Part shown: piece after piece, positions 48,156-59,614 of the stretch
How positions within the stretch are numbered: the stretch's first letter is position 1
Layout of the letters: each line of letters begins with the position of its first letter
DNA from: an uncultured Candidatus Saccharibacteria bacterium
GTDB lineage: Bacteria > Patescibacteriota > Dojkabacteria > SC72
Reading direction: 5' to 3'
NCBI GenBank assembly: GCA_964618765.1
Contig: CAZUDZ010000001.1
Coordinates: forward strand, 69,826 to 133,825
DNA length: 64,000 nucleotides
Made by a program: the position numbers and the translations under genes
Notes under the pieces: generated by a model
Database searches by the model: none
Seen by the model: only the letters and a program-made list of their open reading frames with translations
What the model was told of the DNA's origin: nothing

Positions 48156-50759
48156 ATGAATCTAACCCCTATGATGCAACAATATCTGGGTTTTAAAAAA
48201 CAGTACCCAGGTAAAATACTTCTTTTTAGAATGGGAGATTTTTTTGAAACTTTCGGTGATGATGCTAAAGTAGCCTCTAAAGTTTTAAATATCACCCTTA
48301 CCAAGAGAGACAAGAAAAAAGATGGTACACTCCTAGCAGGATTTCCATACAAAGCATTAGATCAATACTTACCCAAACTAGTAGAGGCTGGATACTGTGT
48401 AGTTGTGGTTGATCAGATAGAAGATCCCAAGATGGCTAAAGGTATAGTGAAAAGAGGGGTAACCAGAGTAGTTACACCAGGGACATTAGATGGTGATCAA
48501 GCAAGTGGTATTAAAGATTCCTACCTCGCAGCAGTATACACAGAGAAGAAAGGTAGAAGTATCTCTTTATGTGATATGTCTACAGGTAAATTTCTCTTAA
48601 TTAGTAACTCTTCTCTTAAAGATTCTCTTAAGCATGTAAAAGCTTCCTACTCTCCTGTTGAGATTCTATTAATAGAGGGAGAAGAACAAATTGATGTTGA
48701 CAAAACCCCTATACAATTTGTTAAAAAAGGGTTGAAGAACAAAAAGTATGCAAGTGAACTAATCAAGGAGTTTTATGATGTTAAAAATATACAAGCATTA
48801 GATATAGAAGAGGAATCGAGAGATGTTGTTTCAGTTGCGATGATAATCCAGTATATAAAGGAAACACAATTGATGAACCCCTCGCATATAAGTAAGCCCA
48901 AAAGAGTAAGTTTAAATAAAAGTATGATTTTAGATTCTTTCACCATTCATAATCTAGAATTAGTCACAAATTCATATACTGGAGATTATGAAAACTCTCT
49001 TTTTTCTGTAATAGATAAAACAGAAACAAGGATGGGCAGGAGACTTCTTTACTCTTGGATTTTAAATCCACTTGTTGAAAAAAGAAAGATAGATGAGAGG
49101 TTAGACTTTGTAGAAAAGTTAGTAAAGAATAAAACTCTTCTAAAAGACATAAAGGAGAAACTTTCCAATATTAATGATATTGAAAGAATTGTTGGTAAGA
49201 TTGGTTTAAATAGAGCTAATGCAAGAGATATGAAAGCTCTACAAGAATCTTTAGAGAGTGCTCTTAATATCCTAAGTGACATCAAAAAGAAAGTAGGTAT
49301 AGATTACAAGCATTTGGATAAAAAAGTATTTAAGAATATTCTCCAACAGATATCCAAAACGATAATTGAAGATCCTCCCCTATCCATAGCAGAGGGCGGG
49401 ATTATTCAAAATAATTTTAACAAACAGGTAGATGAGCTTCGCTCTTTAACAGGAGACAGCAAATCATGGATAAGAGAGTTTGAGAAACAGGAGAGAGAAA
49501 GAACAAAAATAACCTCTTTAAAGGTTAGTTTTAACAAGGTTTTCGGATATTACATAGAAGTAACAAAAACCCATCAAGACAAAGTTCCTAAGGATTATAT
49601 TAGAAAACAGACACTTGTTAATTCAGAAAGATACATAACGGAAGAACTTAAAGAAAGAGAAAGTGTAATACTAAATGCCCAAGAGAAGATATGCGAATTG
49701 GAGTATGAACTTTTTAATGAATTTCGTAATTCTTTAATACCACATATAGAACAATTGCAAAATATCTCTACAGTAATTGCACAAATAGATGTTTACGCAG
49801 GTTTCTCAACCTTAGGTTTAGAAGCAGAGTATGTTAAGCCAGAAATATTCGAGATGGGAGAACAGAAAGGGGTAATTAATATTGTAAATGGCAGGCACCC
49901 TATTGTAGAAAATGTTACAGAAGAATTTATTTCTAATGATACATACTTGGATCTTGAGAGTTACAATATGGCAATATTAACGGGTCCTAATATGTCTGGA
50001 AAGTCTACATATATTAGACAGGTTGCTACTATCGTACTTCTTGCTCAGATAGGGAGCTTTGTTCCTGCTAGGAGTGCTCAGATTTCTTTAGTAGATAGGA
50101 TATTTACTAGAGTTGGTGCATCAGATGATTTAAGCCGAGGCAGGAGTACCTTCATGGTAGAGATGGATGAAGCTGCAAATATTATAAACAATGCTACAAA
50201 GTATAGCCTAATAGTTCTAGATGAAATAGGAAGAGGTACAAGTACCTACGACGGAGTTAGTATTGCTTGGGCACTATCTGAATATCTAATTAAAGAACTT
50301 AAAGCTCGTACTCTGTTTGCAACTCACTATCATGAGCTACTAAAGCTATCTGAAAAATATCCAGAGAGAGTTAAGAACTTAAATGTTCTTGTAGAAGAAG
50401 ATATAGAGGAAGGGACAGTTATCTTCTTAAGAAAAATAGTCGAGGGAGGAACTGACAGAAGCTACGGTATATATGTAGCTAAAATGGCTGGTCTTCCTGA
50501 TGGCATTATAAAAAGAGCTAATGAAATACTGGAGGGTTTTGAACAGAAGAGTATGTTTACAAAAGATGGAGATGTTAGAGAGAGTAATTTTGGTAAATTA
50601 GAAGGAGAAAGTAAATATCAACTTCAGAATGGTTTACAGTACCCCCTATTTACAGCAAAAGAATCAGAGATAGAGAGAGAGATTCAGAAGATTGATATAG
50701 ACAATCTCACTCCCCTAGAAGCTTTAAACAAAATATCTAAATGGAAGAAGGAAGTCTAA
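48156..50759 (+). CDS. mutS: DNA mismatch repair protein MutS
   Basis: TPMMQQY, FRMGDFFE, TGPNMSGKSTY, DEIGRGTST, ATHYHEL. Confidence 0.97.
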   Translation: MNLTPMMQQYLGFKKQYPGKILLFRMGDFFETFGDDAKVASKVLNITLTKRDKKKDGTLLAGFPYKALDQYLPKLVEAGYCVVVVDQIEDPKMAKGIVKRGVTRVVTPGTLDGDQASGIKDSYLAAVYTEKKGRSISLCDMSTGKFLLISNSSLKDSLKHVKASYSPVEILLIEGEEQIDVDKTPIQFVKKGLKNKKYASELIKEFYDVKNIQALDIEEESRDVVSVAMIIQYIKETQLMNPSHISKPKRVSLNKSMILDSFTIHNLELVTNSYTGDYENSLFSVIDKTETRMGRRLLYSWILNPLVEKRKIDERLDFVEKLVKNKTLLKDIKEKLSNINDIERIVGKIGLNRANARDMKALQESLESALNILSDIKKKVGIDYKHLDKKVFKNILQQISKTIIEDPPLSIAEGGIIQNNFNKQVDELRSLTGDSKSWIREFEKQERERTKITSLKVSFNKVFGYYIEVTKTHQDKVPKDYIRKQTLVNSERYITEELKERESVILNAQEKICELEYELFNEFRNSLIPHIEQLQNISTVIAQIDVYAGFSTLGLEAEYVKPEIFEMGEQKGVINIVNGRHPIVENVTEEFISNDTYLDLESYNMAILTGPNMSGKSTYIRQVATIVLLAQIGSFVPARSAQISLVDRIFTRVGASDDLSRGRSTFMVEMDEAANIINNATKYSLIVLDEIGRGTSTYDGVSIAWALSEYLIKELKARTLFATHYHELLKLSEKYPERVKNLNVLVEEDIEEGTVIFLRKIVEGGTDRSYGIYVAKMAGLPDGIIKRANEILEGFEQKSMFTKDGDVRESNFGKLEGESKYQLQNGLQYPLFTAKESEIEREIQKIDIDNLTPLEALNKISKWKKEV

Positions 50760-51460
50760 ATCGAAAGGAAGTATCCCTGACCATACCTGTTTGTAATTAT
50801 ATCTAGCCCTGTAGCTTCTTTAAACTTTCTTCTTATCCTATTTATCCTAGCTCTTACTGTACTTTCTAAAACATCCTCCCCTCTACTGTTCTCTACTACT
50901 TTTTTAATGCAGGAACAGCTAAGAGGAGCAGATTGCTCCATTAGTATTGAAAGTAGAAAGCACTCTTCTTTTGAAAGGAATATCTTACAATCATTGTATA
51001 CTGCATACTGCTCTTTCTGATTTAAGATTAACCCATGATATTTCTTAATGTTAAATCCATGATCGTGCATATATGAAGAGTATCTAAAGAAAAGGGTTTC
51101 TACTATTATCTCGCTTAGGGGTTTAATTATTACTAAGTGTGGTATATAAGTTTTCTCTCTTTGACTATTTTTATATCTAACCCAACACTCCTCGTCAGAA
51201 ATTATGAAGATAGGTACCGAGATATATCGCTGATTTAATAATCTAAGAAGATAATTTAGAGAAGACATATTAATATCTGTTTTGAATAGGTCTATATCTA
51301 CAAAAATCATTGTTACACAGGGATATTGTGTGATTGGTTCTACTTCACTGTCAATTATAAGGTTTAGAGTCTCTACTTTTGTTATTACATCTCGAAAGAA
51401 CTTCTTAATCCCAATATCTTTAGATATCAGTAAAGCCACACTACTTGTTTGGTAGTACAT
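50756..51460 (-). CDS. OmpR-like regulator with divergent receiver and winged helix
   Basis: IFVDID, IIKP; C-terminal LSKEE..LL..L...VRARINRIRRK...YGQGY. Confidence 0.7.
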   Translation of the reverse strand: MYYQTSSVALLISKDIGIKKFFRDVITKVETLNLIIDSEVEPITQYPCVTMIFVDIDLFKTDINMSSLNYLLRLLNQRYISVPIFIISDEECWVRYKNSQREKTYIPHLVIIKPLSEIIVETLFFRYSSYMHDHGFNIKKYHGLILNQKEQYAVYNDCKIFLSKEECFLLSILMEQSAPLSCSCIKKVVENSRGEDVLESTVRARINRIRRKFKEATGLDIITNRYGQGYFLSI

Positions 51461-51543
51461 GAATTAATCATAGTAAAAAGAGTTGACAATTTTCTGACAG
51501 AAAAAATTGAAGTAATAATTGGCTTTAAAAAGAGATCTAGTTT

Positions 51544-52848
51544 TTAGTTATTTTGTTCTGTCTTTATCCTATCTACCGCCTCTTCTAGAGTGAGTGATCT
51601 TTGTTCGGTTTCTTTCATGTTTTTCAGTACTACTTTCTTTTGCTCAATTTCATCTTCCCCTATTATAATAACCCAAGGAAAGTTTTTTCTATTTGCATAT
51701 TTAAGCTGTTTGGACAATTTGGTAGGATTCAATTGTATTTCAGTTCTGATCTCCTTGCCTCTTAGGTATTGTGCTGTTTTAGAAACTTCTTCGTACAAGG
51801 ATTTGCCCATTAGGGGAATGAATACATCGGATGTAGATCCTATGTCAGGTAGCAGATTATATGTTTCGAGATAATTTATGGTAGTTACATCTCCCCAACC
51901 CAAACCAAAGGCAGGAATATTTTCTTCGTCAAATATTTCTAAAAGATTATCATATCTTCCTCCTCCAAAAAGAGCTCTCGGATTTTTATCTCCCCCTATA
52001 TCAAACATCTCTACAACTGTCCCAGTATAATATTGAAGTCCTCTGACTATATATGGGCAAAACCTAATGTTTGTAATATTTAATTCCTCTGCCTTTTCAA
52101 AGAGTTCTAAAAGCTCTTCTGCTCCTTTTGATTTCTCTTTGATATTTTCTAAATCTCCTACTTCCCATTTTAAGAAATCTTTTAGAGTTTCTACCTGCTT
52201 ATCATCCAGCCCTATCTCAATAAGATACTCATTAAAATCTTCAGTACCCATTTTAGGGTAGGTATCTATAGCCTTTATGATTGTACCTGTCAGTTGTTGA
52301 TCTACTTTTAGAATCTCTTCTAGAAAGTAATTAAGAAGATATCTATTACTTACTTTCAGCTCATATGTTTCCTTTGGAGCTTTAAGTTGCTCCATTACGG
52401 CCATAATGAACTGTATTATCTCTATCTCCGCCTCGATACCTTTAACACCTAGTATGTCTATGTTTAGTTGGTAAAACTCCCTAGACCTGCCTCTTTGTGG
52501 TTTCTCATATCTATAAAATCTTCCAATATTGAACCACCTAAGAGGAAATGAAAGTTCCTTCCTCTTTGCAGCAACAATCCTAGCTAGTGAGGGAGTTAGC
52601 TCTGGTCTGATAGCAACCTCTCTTCCGCCCTTATCTTCAAAGCTGTATAGCTGGTTGTTTGCTATCTCTTCACCAGATTTCTCTTTGTATAGCTGAGCTT
52701 CCTCTATTAAGGGAGTATCATACTGCTCATACCCAAAACTTTCAGCAACATATTTCCAAGTATCAAAAAGATAGTTTCGATAATACATTTCCTCAGGGTA
52801 AGTGTCAGAAGTCCCTTTGTATGGTAATTTTGATAACTTTGTTTTCAT
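51544..52848 (-). CDS. hisS: Histidine-tRNA ligase
   Basis: RPELTPS, RYEKPQRGRSREFYQ, RGLQYYTG, GGGRYD; start 6 nt after TGnTATAAT. Confidence 0.96.
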   Translation of the reverse strand: MKTKLSKLPYKGTSDTYPEEMYYRNYLFDTWKYVAESFGYEQYDTPLIEEAQLYKEKSGEEIANNQLYSFEDKGGREVAIRPELTPSLARIVAAKRKELSFPLRWFNIGRFYRYEKPQRGRSREFYQLNIDILGVKGIEAEIEIIQFIMAVMEQLKAPKETYELKVSNRYLLNYFLEEILKVDQQLTGTIIKAIDTYPKMGTEDFNEYLIEIGLDDKQVETLKDFLKWEVGDLENIKEKSKGAEELLELFEKAEELNITNIRFCPYIVRGLQYYTGTVVEMFDIGGDKNPRALFGGGRYDNLLEIFDEENIPAFGLGWGDVTTINYLETYNLLPDIGSTSDVFIPLMGKSLYEEVSKTAQYLRGKEIRTEIQLNPTKLSKQLKYANRKNFPWVIIIGEDEIEQKKVVLKNMKETEQRSLTLEEAVDRIKTEQNN

Positions 52849-52950
52849 AGAGAAATTATAGCATATAACCAAGAGTACATCCTTTATATATGTGTTTTTA
52901 AGTTACCCCCACAGTTGAATATGAGGTTTAAATGAGTTATATTCTATACT

Positions 52951-55900
52951 ATGAAGTATAGTGTTGGGTTAACCAATTCCAGAAATAAGAAGAGGAGTTC
53001 TAGAAGTTCAAGTAGGAAAAGAAATTTTAACAGAGCATTCTCTCCTTCTAAGTTTGACAAGTTCAAAAACTTTAAGAAATACAATGCTAAGAATACCAAG
53101 AAGAAAGCATCTAAATCCCCTACCCGAGCTGGAAGTGTAAGTAAAAAAAGTCAGATTAAGAACCTAAAAAAGAAAAAAATTCTTTACATCGCGATTGGGA
53201 TAGTTTTTTTTGTAGGATGTCTACTTCTCATTGGTATAGGAATCTATCTTAAAAATCTACAAAATTCTCTACCCTCCCCCGATGAGCTTGTAGATAGAGC
53301 TTCCGATCAAAGTACTCAGATATTGGATAGGGATGGTGAGCTTCTTTACCGAGTATATGGAGAAAAGAATCGAGAGTTTGTTTCAATAGATAAGATCCCA
53401 GAACATACTAGATGGGCTTTGCTCTCTGCAGAAGATATAGAGTTTTACCAGCATAAAGGAGTTGATTATCTTAGTATTGCTAAGGCTTTTGTTCAAAATC
53501 TAAGTGCTGGTGGAGTTGTTAGAGGTGCTAGTACTATTACTCAACAGTTAGTTAAGACAACTATTCTTTATGATGTCTTGGGTGAAGAGGCGTATGCTCA
53601 GACATATAGCAGGAAGATAAAGGAGGTCCTCATAACTATGCAGGTTGAACAAACATTTAGTAAGGATGAAATTTTACAGATGTATATGAATGAAGTACCT
53701 TTGGGAGGTGTTAATTACGGTTTTCAGGCAGCAGCAAACGCATATTTTGGTAAAGATGTGGGAGATTTAACTCTAGCAGAGAGTGCTCTTCTATCTGGAT
53801 TAATTCAAAGTCCAGGAGTTTATTCTCCTTTGTATGGTTCTAATCCAGAGAAAGCAAAAGACAGGCAGGAATGGGTTTTAGGTCAGATGCTAAAGAATAA
53901 AAAGTTAACAGGTGTAACAAAAGAAGAAATAGAAGAGGCAAAAGAAGAGGAACTAGCATACCAGACAAGAGATATAGACATTGATGCTCCTCATTTTGTT
54001 TTCTATGTAAAACAGCTTTTAGAAGAAGAGTTTGGTGTAGACAGAGTAGAAAGAGGTGGCCTTAAGGTTACTACTTCATTAAATTCTTCTCTACAACAAA
54101 TAGCAGAAGAAGAGATCGCAAAGGGAGTAGGAAATGCAGCTAGATATAATGTTAATAATGGCTCTATGGTTGTTCTTGATCCTAAGACAGGTCAAGTTCT
54201 TGCTATGGTTGGATCCATAGATTATTTCAACACAGAAGATCCTCGTGTAGATGGCAATGTAAATATAGCAACTAGCTTAAGACAGATGGGTTCTGCAATT
54301 AAACCCTTTGTATATTTAACGGCAATTCATCAGGGATATGGGCCTTGGTTGTTAACCCCAGATGTCAAAGAAATTTCTTTTGGTAATTACAAGCCAACAA
54401 ACTGGGACAGAAAGTATGATGGTCTAATGACTGCAAGGAAAGCCCTTGTTCTATCTAGGAATATTCCATCTGTATATACTTTACAATTATCAGGGATAGA
54501 TAATTTCTTACAAACTATTGAAAAAGTTGGGGTAACCGGAATGACCAAGCGGGCAGATTATGGTCTTAGCTTAGGATTGGGGTCTGGAGAAATGAAGCTT
54601 TTAGAATTTACTAACGCTTATGCTACTTTAGCAAATAGTGGAGTTAGACAGGAGATAACTCCTATTTTAAAGGTAGAGAATTCTAAAGGGGAAGTCTTAC
54701 TAGAAGCGAAGGAGAGTAAAGGGACTAGAGTTATAGATGAGAAAGAGGCATACCTTCTTAATTGGATGATTTGTGACTTACCTGGTTTTGGTGATAGGTA
54801 TGGAAATAAGTATTTTTACATAGGAAAAAGTAAGCTTTGTGGAAAGACAGGAACTACTGATGGTCCTAGAGACTTGTTAGCATTTCTGTACAATCAAAAT
54901 ATCGCAGTAGGAGTTTGGACTGGTAATAATAATAATGCTGAGATGCCTGGAGGATGGTCCTCTACTATCCCACTACCACTGGCCAACTCCTTTTTAAGGA
55001 GAGTTATAGAAAACTACCCTTCTGGGACATATAATCGCCCTGCTGGGGTACTGACAACTTCTGTTTGTTTAGATACGGGAGCCTCCCCTCCCGATGGTAT
55101 AGATTGTAACAAGGAGGCCTCTTTATATATCTCTGGGCGTCCACCACAGGTAGATAAGAGAGAGATCGTTGAGGTATGTAAGGAGAATGGTTTAATACCT
55201 ACAAATCTAGAAGCTGCCAAGAAGTATGGTTTAACAGAAGTAAAAACTGTTATTGGGAATAAATTAGAAAACACTTTTCAACAAGCTGCATACGAGAAAT
55301 ATCTTACGGGGATAGAGAATTCTAACTACCTCTTTTCTAAACCTGATACTGGAGCATGTCCCTTACCTCTTGGTCCAGACAATGCTCCTATTGTTGATGT
55401 AGTTTCTCCAACTCCAGGGCAATCTGTTTCAAAGGGACAAAACTTAGAAATATCAGGTCAAGTTAGGTATCTAGAAAGCATCTCTGAATTTGTTGTCCAA
55501 TTTGCTGGAAGCAATATATCAGGTGCTGTTTTAAATGCTGATGGATCATTCGTAGTAAATCACTTTGTACCCGCAGAAACTGTCCCAGGTAATTATACCG
55601 TATCTGTTTCTGCGAAGGATAATTATGGTAAGGTAGATGTAAAGAGCATCCCTGTTACAGTAGCAAACTCAGGCTCCTCTATAGTTGTTTCACTTGCTGC
55701 TCCTCCCGCTGATGGTTCTACTGTTTTTGCTGGAAGCTCATCTCAACTTCTGGTAGCATCTGTTTCTGGGGGTACTCCTGAGGAGGTAATTTTTTCGATA
55801 TCTAAGGTAGGAGGTGGGTACAGCAAATCACTGTCAGATACAAATGGCGCGAATGGATGGAGCCAAACTTGGACCAAAGAAGCATCTGTCACAGCAGGTC

Positions 55901-55977
55901 AGTATCGTATAACGCTCTCCGCTAAAGTAGGAGGCTCTGCGATATTAGGGAATACAGTGACTGTAAATGTCGGCTAG
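52951..55977 (+). CDS. Class A penicillin-binding protein with C-terminal Ig-like domains
   Basis: EDIEFYQH, GASTITQQ, RKIKE; SAIK, SRN, KTGT. Confidence 0.93.
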   Translation: MKYSVGLTNSRNKKRSSRSSSRKRNFNRAFSPSKFDKFKNFKKYNAKNTKKKASKSPTRAGSVSKKSQIKNLKKKKILYIAIGIVFFVGCLLLIGIGIYLKNLQNSLPSPDELVDRASDQSTQILDRDGELLYRVYGEKNREFVSIDKIPEHTRWALLSAEDIEFYQHKGVDYLSIAKAFVQNLSAGGVVRGASTITQQLVKTTILYDVLGEEAYAQTYSRKIKEVLITMQVEQTFSKDEILQMYMNEVPLGGVNYGFQAAANAYFGKDVGDLTLAESALLSGLIQSPGVYSPLYGSNPEKAKDRQEWVLGQMLKNKKLTGVTKEEIEEAKEEELAYQTRDIDIDAPHFVFYVKQLLEEEFGVDRVERGGLKVTTSLNSSLQQIAEEEIAKGVGNAARYNVNNGSMVVLDPKTGQVLAMVGSIDYFNTEDPRVDGNVNIATSLRQMGSAIKPFVYLTAIHQGYGPWLLTPDVKEISFGNYKPTNWDRKYDGLMTARKALVLSRNIPSVYTLQLSGIDNFLQTIEKVGVTGMTKRADYGLSLGLGSGEMKLLEFTNAYATLANSGVRQEITPILKVENSKGEVLLEAKESKGTRVIDEKEAYLLNWMICDLPGFGDRYGNKYFYIGKSKLCGKTGTTDGPRDLLAFLYNQNIAVGVWTGNNNNAEMPGGWSSTIPLPLANSFLRRVIENYPSGTYNRPAGVLTTSVCLDTGASPPDGIDCNKEASLYISGRPPQVDKREIVEVCKENGLIPTNLEAAKKYGLTEVKTVIGNKLENTFQQAAYEKYLTGIENSNYLFSKPDTGACPLPLGPDNAPIVDVVSPTPGQSVSKGQNLEISGQVRYLESISEFVVQFAGSNISGAVLNADGSFVVNHFVPAETVPGNYTVSVSAKDNYGKVDVKSIPVTVANSGSSIVVSLAAPPADGSTVFAGSSSQLLVASVSGGTPEEVIFSISKVGGGYSKSLSDTNGANGWSQTWTKEASVTAGQYRITLSAKVGGSAILGNTVTVNVG

Positions 55978-58490
55978 ATTAAAACTGCTTTGTATTTCTC
56001 TTCAACCTTTTCTGTTATCTCTTTAATAATATTCTTAATTTCTTCTTCATTGAGTGTTTTATTGTAATCGCTTGCAGTAATTCTAATAGTTATTCTTTTT
56101 TTATCAGTAGAGCTAGAGTCTTGATAAATATCTACACACTCTAAGCTGTCAGATAACTTCTTCTTCTCTAAAATATGAGTGATTTCATTTTTAATCTGTT
56201 CATACTTAATATCTGACATCATTTCAAAACAGAGATCCTGGGTGAAAGGAGGATATACTGACTGTCCTTTATATTTTCTACTACCTTTCTTAATTTTAAC
56301 TAGTTCATCTAGGTTAATTTCTAATGCTGCAGTGAATGCAGGGAGTTTAAAATTCTCCTTAACCTCTCTGTTTATCTCTCCAATTATTCCTAAGGATACT
56401 CCTGCTACAGAAAGGATTGCTGACCTATTAGGATCAAATACCCCTAGAAGGTTCCTAATGTAAGGAGGATGATCTATTTCTGAACTGTCTGCTACTAAAT
56501 CATACTGGACATCAAAGATCCCCATTGCCTTAAGTAGTTTCTCTAGGTACTTTTTAACGACATAGAATGCTGATGTACTCTCTTTTGAGTTTAGATCAGT
56601 TAAGAGTAAGCTTAGGTACCAGTGCTCAATAGGAAGCTTGTCTTCATGAATATAATTATTTAGATGTGCAATGTTCATCTCGTATATTGAGAAAATACTC
56701 TCCCCTCTCTGTATATTCTCTTGTGCTTTTACCAAGAGGGATTGTAATATACAGGTTCTCATTAGTGAGAGCTCTGGAGAAAGTGCATTCTTAATTTTGT
56801 AAGCTAAATTATTATCGAGGTTGCAGTTTCTAAAAGAGTTATCATCTACAAAACTGTAAGAGACCATTTCATTTGCTCCACTATTTGAAAGAACCTCTCT
56901 TACTTCTTTCTTTATCTCAACAATTCTATTTGGGGATGGTGGTTGTATCTTTTTTGAGGGTAACTCTATCTTAATATTATTGAAACCATATATCCTTCCA
57001 ATATCCTCATATATATCTTCCTTAATATTTATATCTCTTCTCCAATTTGGTGGTGTTACATAGAGATACTTTCTCTTGCCCCCAATCTTTTCTTTTAGTT
57101 TCTTCTCCCTTACTTGGAACTCTAAGTTAGTAAGTAGAGAAGATATTTCTTCTGTAGAAATTTCAGTACCTAATATCCTATTTAGATTGTCAGGATCTAT
57201 CTGTATTGTTTCTAATTTTAACTGTTCATGGTAAATATCTATTATCTTAGAAGCTACCTCTGTCTCAGTACTGTCCTCCTTAATTAAATCCACCGCTTTT
57301 ACTAGAACTGCTCTACATTGATTTGGATCAAGGTCGTGTTTAAATCTTGTAGCTGCTTCAGTAAAAATACCCAATCTCATACTAGTTCTTCTAATGCTAG
57401 TTTTATTAAAGTTGGCTGATTCTAAAACGATTCTATTTGTATTGTAGTCCACCTCTGTATCCTTTCCTCCTATGATTCCTGCAATAGCAATTGGATTGGT
57501 ACTATCTGCTATGACCATAGTTTTTTCATCTAGATTGTACAGCTTATCATCTAGCCCTAACATTTTCTCTTCTGCTCTTGCCATTCGAATATTTATACTT
57601 ACACTATTCTTAGAGTTAGGGTCATGGCTTAGTAGTTTGTCAAAATCAAAAGCATGCAGTGGTTGGCTTGTTAGTAAAGAAATATAGTTGGTGATATCTA
57701 CAATATTATTAACAGGCCTTATGTTGCATTTAATCAGTATTGACTTGAGCCATATTGGGGATTCTTTGACTTTGATTTGATCAAGGACAATTGCGGTATA
57801 TCTAGGACATATTGCTTCGGCATCATTTATTATCTCAATGTTCAAACAGGTTGTCTCAGGATTAAGATCTGCTTCTTCATTGAGATACCACGCGGGACTT
57901 TCAAATTTGTTTCCTAAAATGGCGGTAAGCTCTCTTGAAATACCTAGTACACCGAATAGGTCTGCCCTATTTGTTAATGCCTTATTCTCTATCTCAATTA
58001 TGGTGTCGTCTAGGTTGTAGTATTTACTAAAGTTCTCCCCTACAGGGGCGTCATGAGGTAGAGTTAGAACTCTCTCATGGTCTGGTCCAATATTAAGTTC
58101 TCTTTCAGAACCCAACATTCCATTTGATGTTACATCTCTTAATTTCACACTTTTAATTTTAACGGGTTTCTCTTCTGTTCGCAGACTATATGGAAGTGTA
58201 GATCCAACTTTCATATATGCTACCTTATCTCCTATGTTTAAATTCTTATCTCCTGCTACTACTTGAATACTTTCTTTCTCACCGCAACCTATTTGGTAAA
58301 TTGCAAGTTTGTCTGCATCTGGATGATCTTTCTTCTCAACAACTTCTGCTATTACAATATCTTTGTAGTCTTGTGACAAATTATGGCTGTACTCTACCTC
58401 CCCTATGTGAGACTGTATTAATTTTACAATCTCATCATCGTTAACAGTTATGTTTCCAAATTGTTTAAGAAGATTAGTACTTACTCTCAT
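55974..58490 (-). CDS. pheT: Phenylalanine-tRNA ligase beta subunit
   Basis: HPDADKL, NRADL, VDITNY, QPLHAFD, WRRDI. Confidence 0.96.
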   Translation of the reverse strand: MRVSTNLLKQFGNITVNDDEIVKLIQSHIGEVEYSHNLSQDYKDIVIAEVVEKKDHPDADKLAIYQIGCGEKESIQVVAGDKNLNIGDKVAYMKVGSTLPYSLRTEEKPVKIKSVKLRDVTSNGMLGSERELNIGPDHERVLTLPHDAPVGENFSKYYNLDDTIIEIENKALTNRADLFGVLGISRELTAILGNKFESPAWYLNEEADLNPETTCLNIEIINDAEAICPRYTAIVLDQIKVKESPIWLKSILIKCNIRPVNNIVDITNYISLLTSQPLHAFDFDKLLSHDPNSKNSVSINIRMARAEEKMLGLDDKLYNLDEKTMVIADSTNPIAIAGIIGGKDTEVDYNTNRIVLESANFNKTSIRRTSMRLGIFTEAATRFKHDLDPNQCRAVLVKAVDLIKEDSTETEVASKIIDIYHEQLKLETIQIDPDNLNRILGTEISTEEISSLLTNLEFQVREKKLKEKIGGKRKYLYVTPPNWRRDINIKEDIYEDIGRIYGFNNIKIELPSKKIQPPSPNRIVEIKKEVREVLSNSGANEMVSYSFVDDNSFRNCNLDNNLAYKIKNALSPELSLMRTCILQSLLVKAQENIQRGESIFSIYEMNIAHLNNYIHEDKLPIEHWYLSLLLTDLNSKESTSAFYVVKKYLEKLLKAMGIFDVQYDLVADSSEIDHPPYIRNLLGVFDPNRSAILSVAGVSLGIIGEINREVKENFKLPAFTAALEINLDELVKIKKGSRKYKGQSVYPPFTQDLCFEMMSDIKYEQIKNEITHILEKKKLSDSLECVDIYQDSSSTDKKRITIRITASDYNKTLNEEEIKNIIKEITEKVEEKYKAVLI

Positions 58491-58493
58491 ATA

Positions 58494-59534
58494 TTAAAAC
58501 TGTCTTAAGAAATTAAGGTTTCCATCTCTAAGGTATCTGATATCATTTATACCCAATTTAATCATCGCCAACCTATCTACACCAAAGCCCCAAGCAAATC
58601 CAGAATATATTTCAGGGTCAATCTCCGCTTCTTTCAGTACATTTGGATGTATCATTCCACATCCCATTATCTCAATCCATCCAGAGTGTCCACATGTAGA
58701 GCATCCAACCATATCGCAGAATGGACAGCCTATGACAAATTCACAATCTGGTTCTGTAAATGGAAAGTATGCAGGTTGAATTTTAATTTTTAAATCTGTT
58801 TCAAGATATCTTTCTAAGTAGGTTTTAATGGTGGCAATCATATTGGAAAGAGAAACTCCTTTATCTACATAGACTCCCTCTATTTGGTGAAATGTATGTT
58901 CATGTCCAGCATCTGTGGCTTCGTTTCGAAAGCATCTACCAGGTAGTACAACTGCAATTGGTGCAGGAGCAAAATTCTTAAGAGCCCTATTTTGCATTGT
59001 GGAAGTATGTGCAGGTAACAGCAATCCCTCTTCTGTTTGAAATGTGTCATACATATCTCTCGCAGGATGTCCTTTGGGGAAGTTTAATGATTGAAACATA
59101 TGATAGTCATCATCTATTTGTCTACTTTCTAGAATATTAAAACCCATGCTACTGAATATGCTTAGTAGAATCTCCACCTCTTTGGTTAAAGGGTGCTTAC
59201 TGCCATTTAAGGCAAAGAATCTTCCCTCTTCACTCCTTGTGCTGTTAATGTCAAATGGTGCTGTAGGATCAATTTTAGAACTTTGTGAGTATGTTTCTTT
59301 CTCGCCCACACTCTTCTCTCTGAGTATCTCTTCTAAGTATTTCTTAATCTTGTTAACCTGTTGTCCATATATTGGTTTTTCTTCATTGGGTAGGTTAGCT
59401 ATCTCTTTTAGTGCTTTATGAAGTATCCCACTTTTAGAAAGATACTTCTCTTTTAACTCTTTAGAACTAATTTTTTTTCTATCTTCTTCGATGTCTTTTT
59501 TAAGCTTTTCTAACTTTTTATTCTCGTATTCCAT
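58494..59534 (-). CDS. pheS: Phenylalanine-tRNA ligase alpha subunit
   Basis: HPARDMYDTF, FHQIEG, YFPFTEP, GFAWGFGVDR. Confidence 0.97.
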   Translation of the reverse strand: MEYENKKLEKLKKDIEEDRKKISSKELKEKYLSKSGILHKALKEIANLPNEEKPIYGQQVNKIKKYLEEILREKSVGEKETYSQSSKIDPTAPFDINSTRSEEGRFFALNGSKHPLTKEVEILLSIFSSMGFNILESRQIDDDYHMFQSLNFPKGHPARDMYDTFQTEEGLLLPAHTSTMQNRALKNFAPAPIAVVLPGRCFRNEATDAGHEHTFHQIEGVYVDKGVSLSNMIATIKTYLERYLETDLKIKIQPAYFPFTEPDCEFVIGCPFCDMVGCSTCGHSGWIEIMGCGMIHPNVLKEAEIDPEIYSGFAWGFGVDRLAMIKLGINDIRYLRDGNLNFLRQF

Positions 59535-59564
59535 ATTTAAAAGTATACTACATCATTATTAAAC

Positions 59565-59591
59565 AAAAAAGGACTCTTTGTAGAGTCCTTT
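59565..59591 (-). terminator. Intrinsic terminator after rplT
   Basis: AAAGGACTCT/AGAGTCCTTT stem with U-tract on minus. Confidence 0.8.
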
Positions 59592-59614
59592 AAAATTATC
59601 CTGTTTAAGGAACT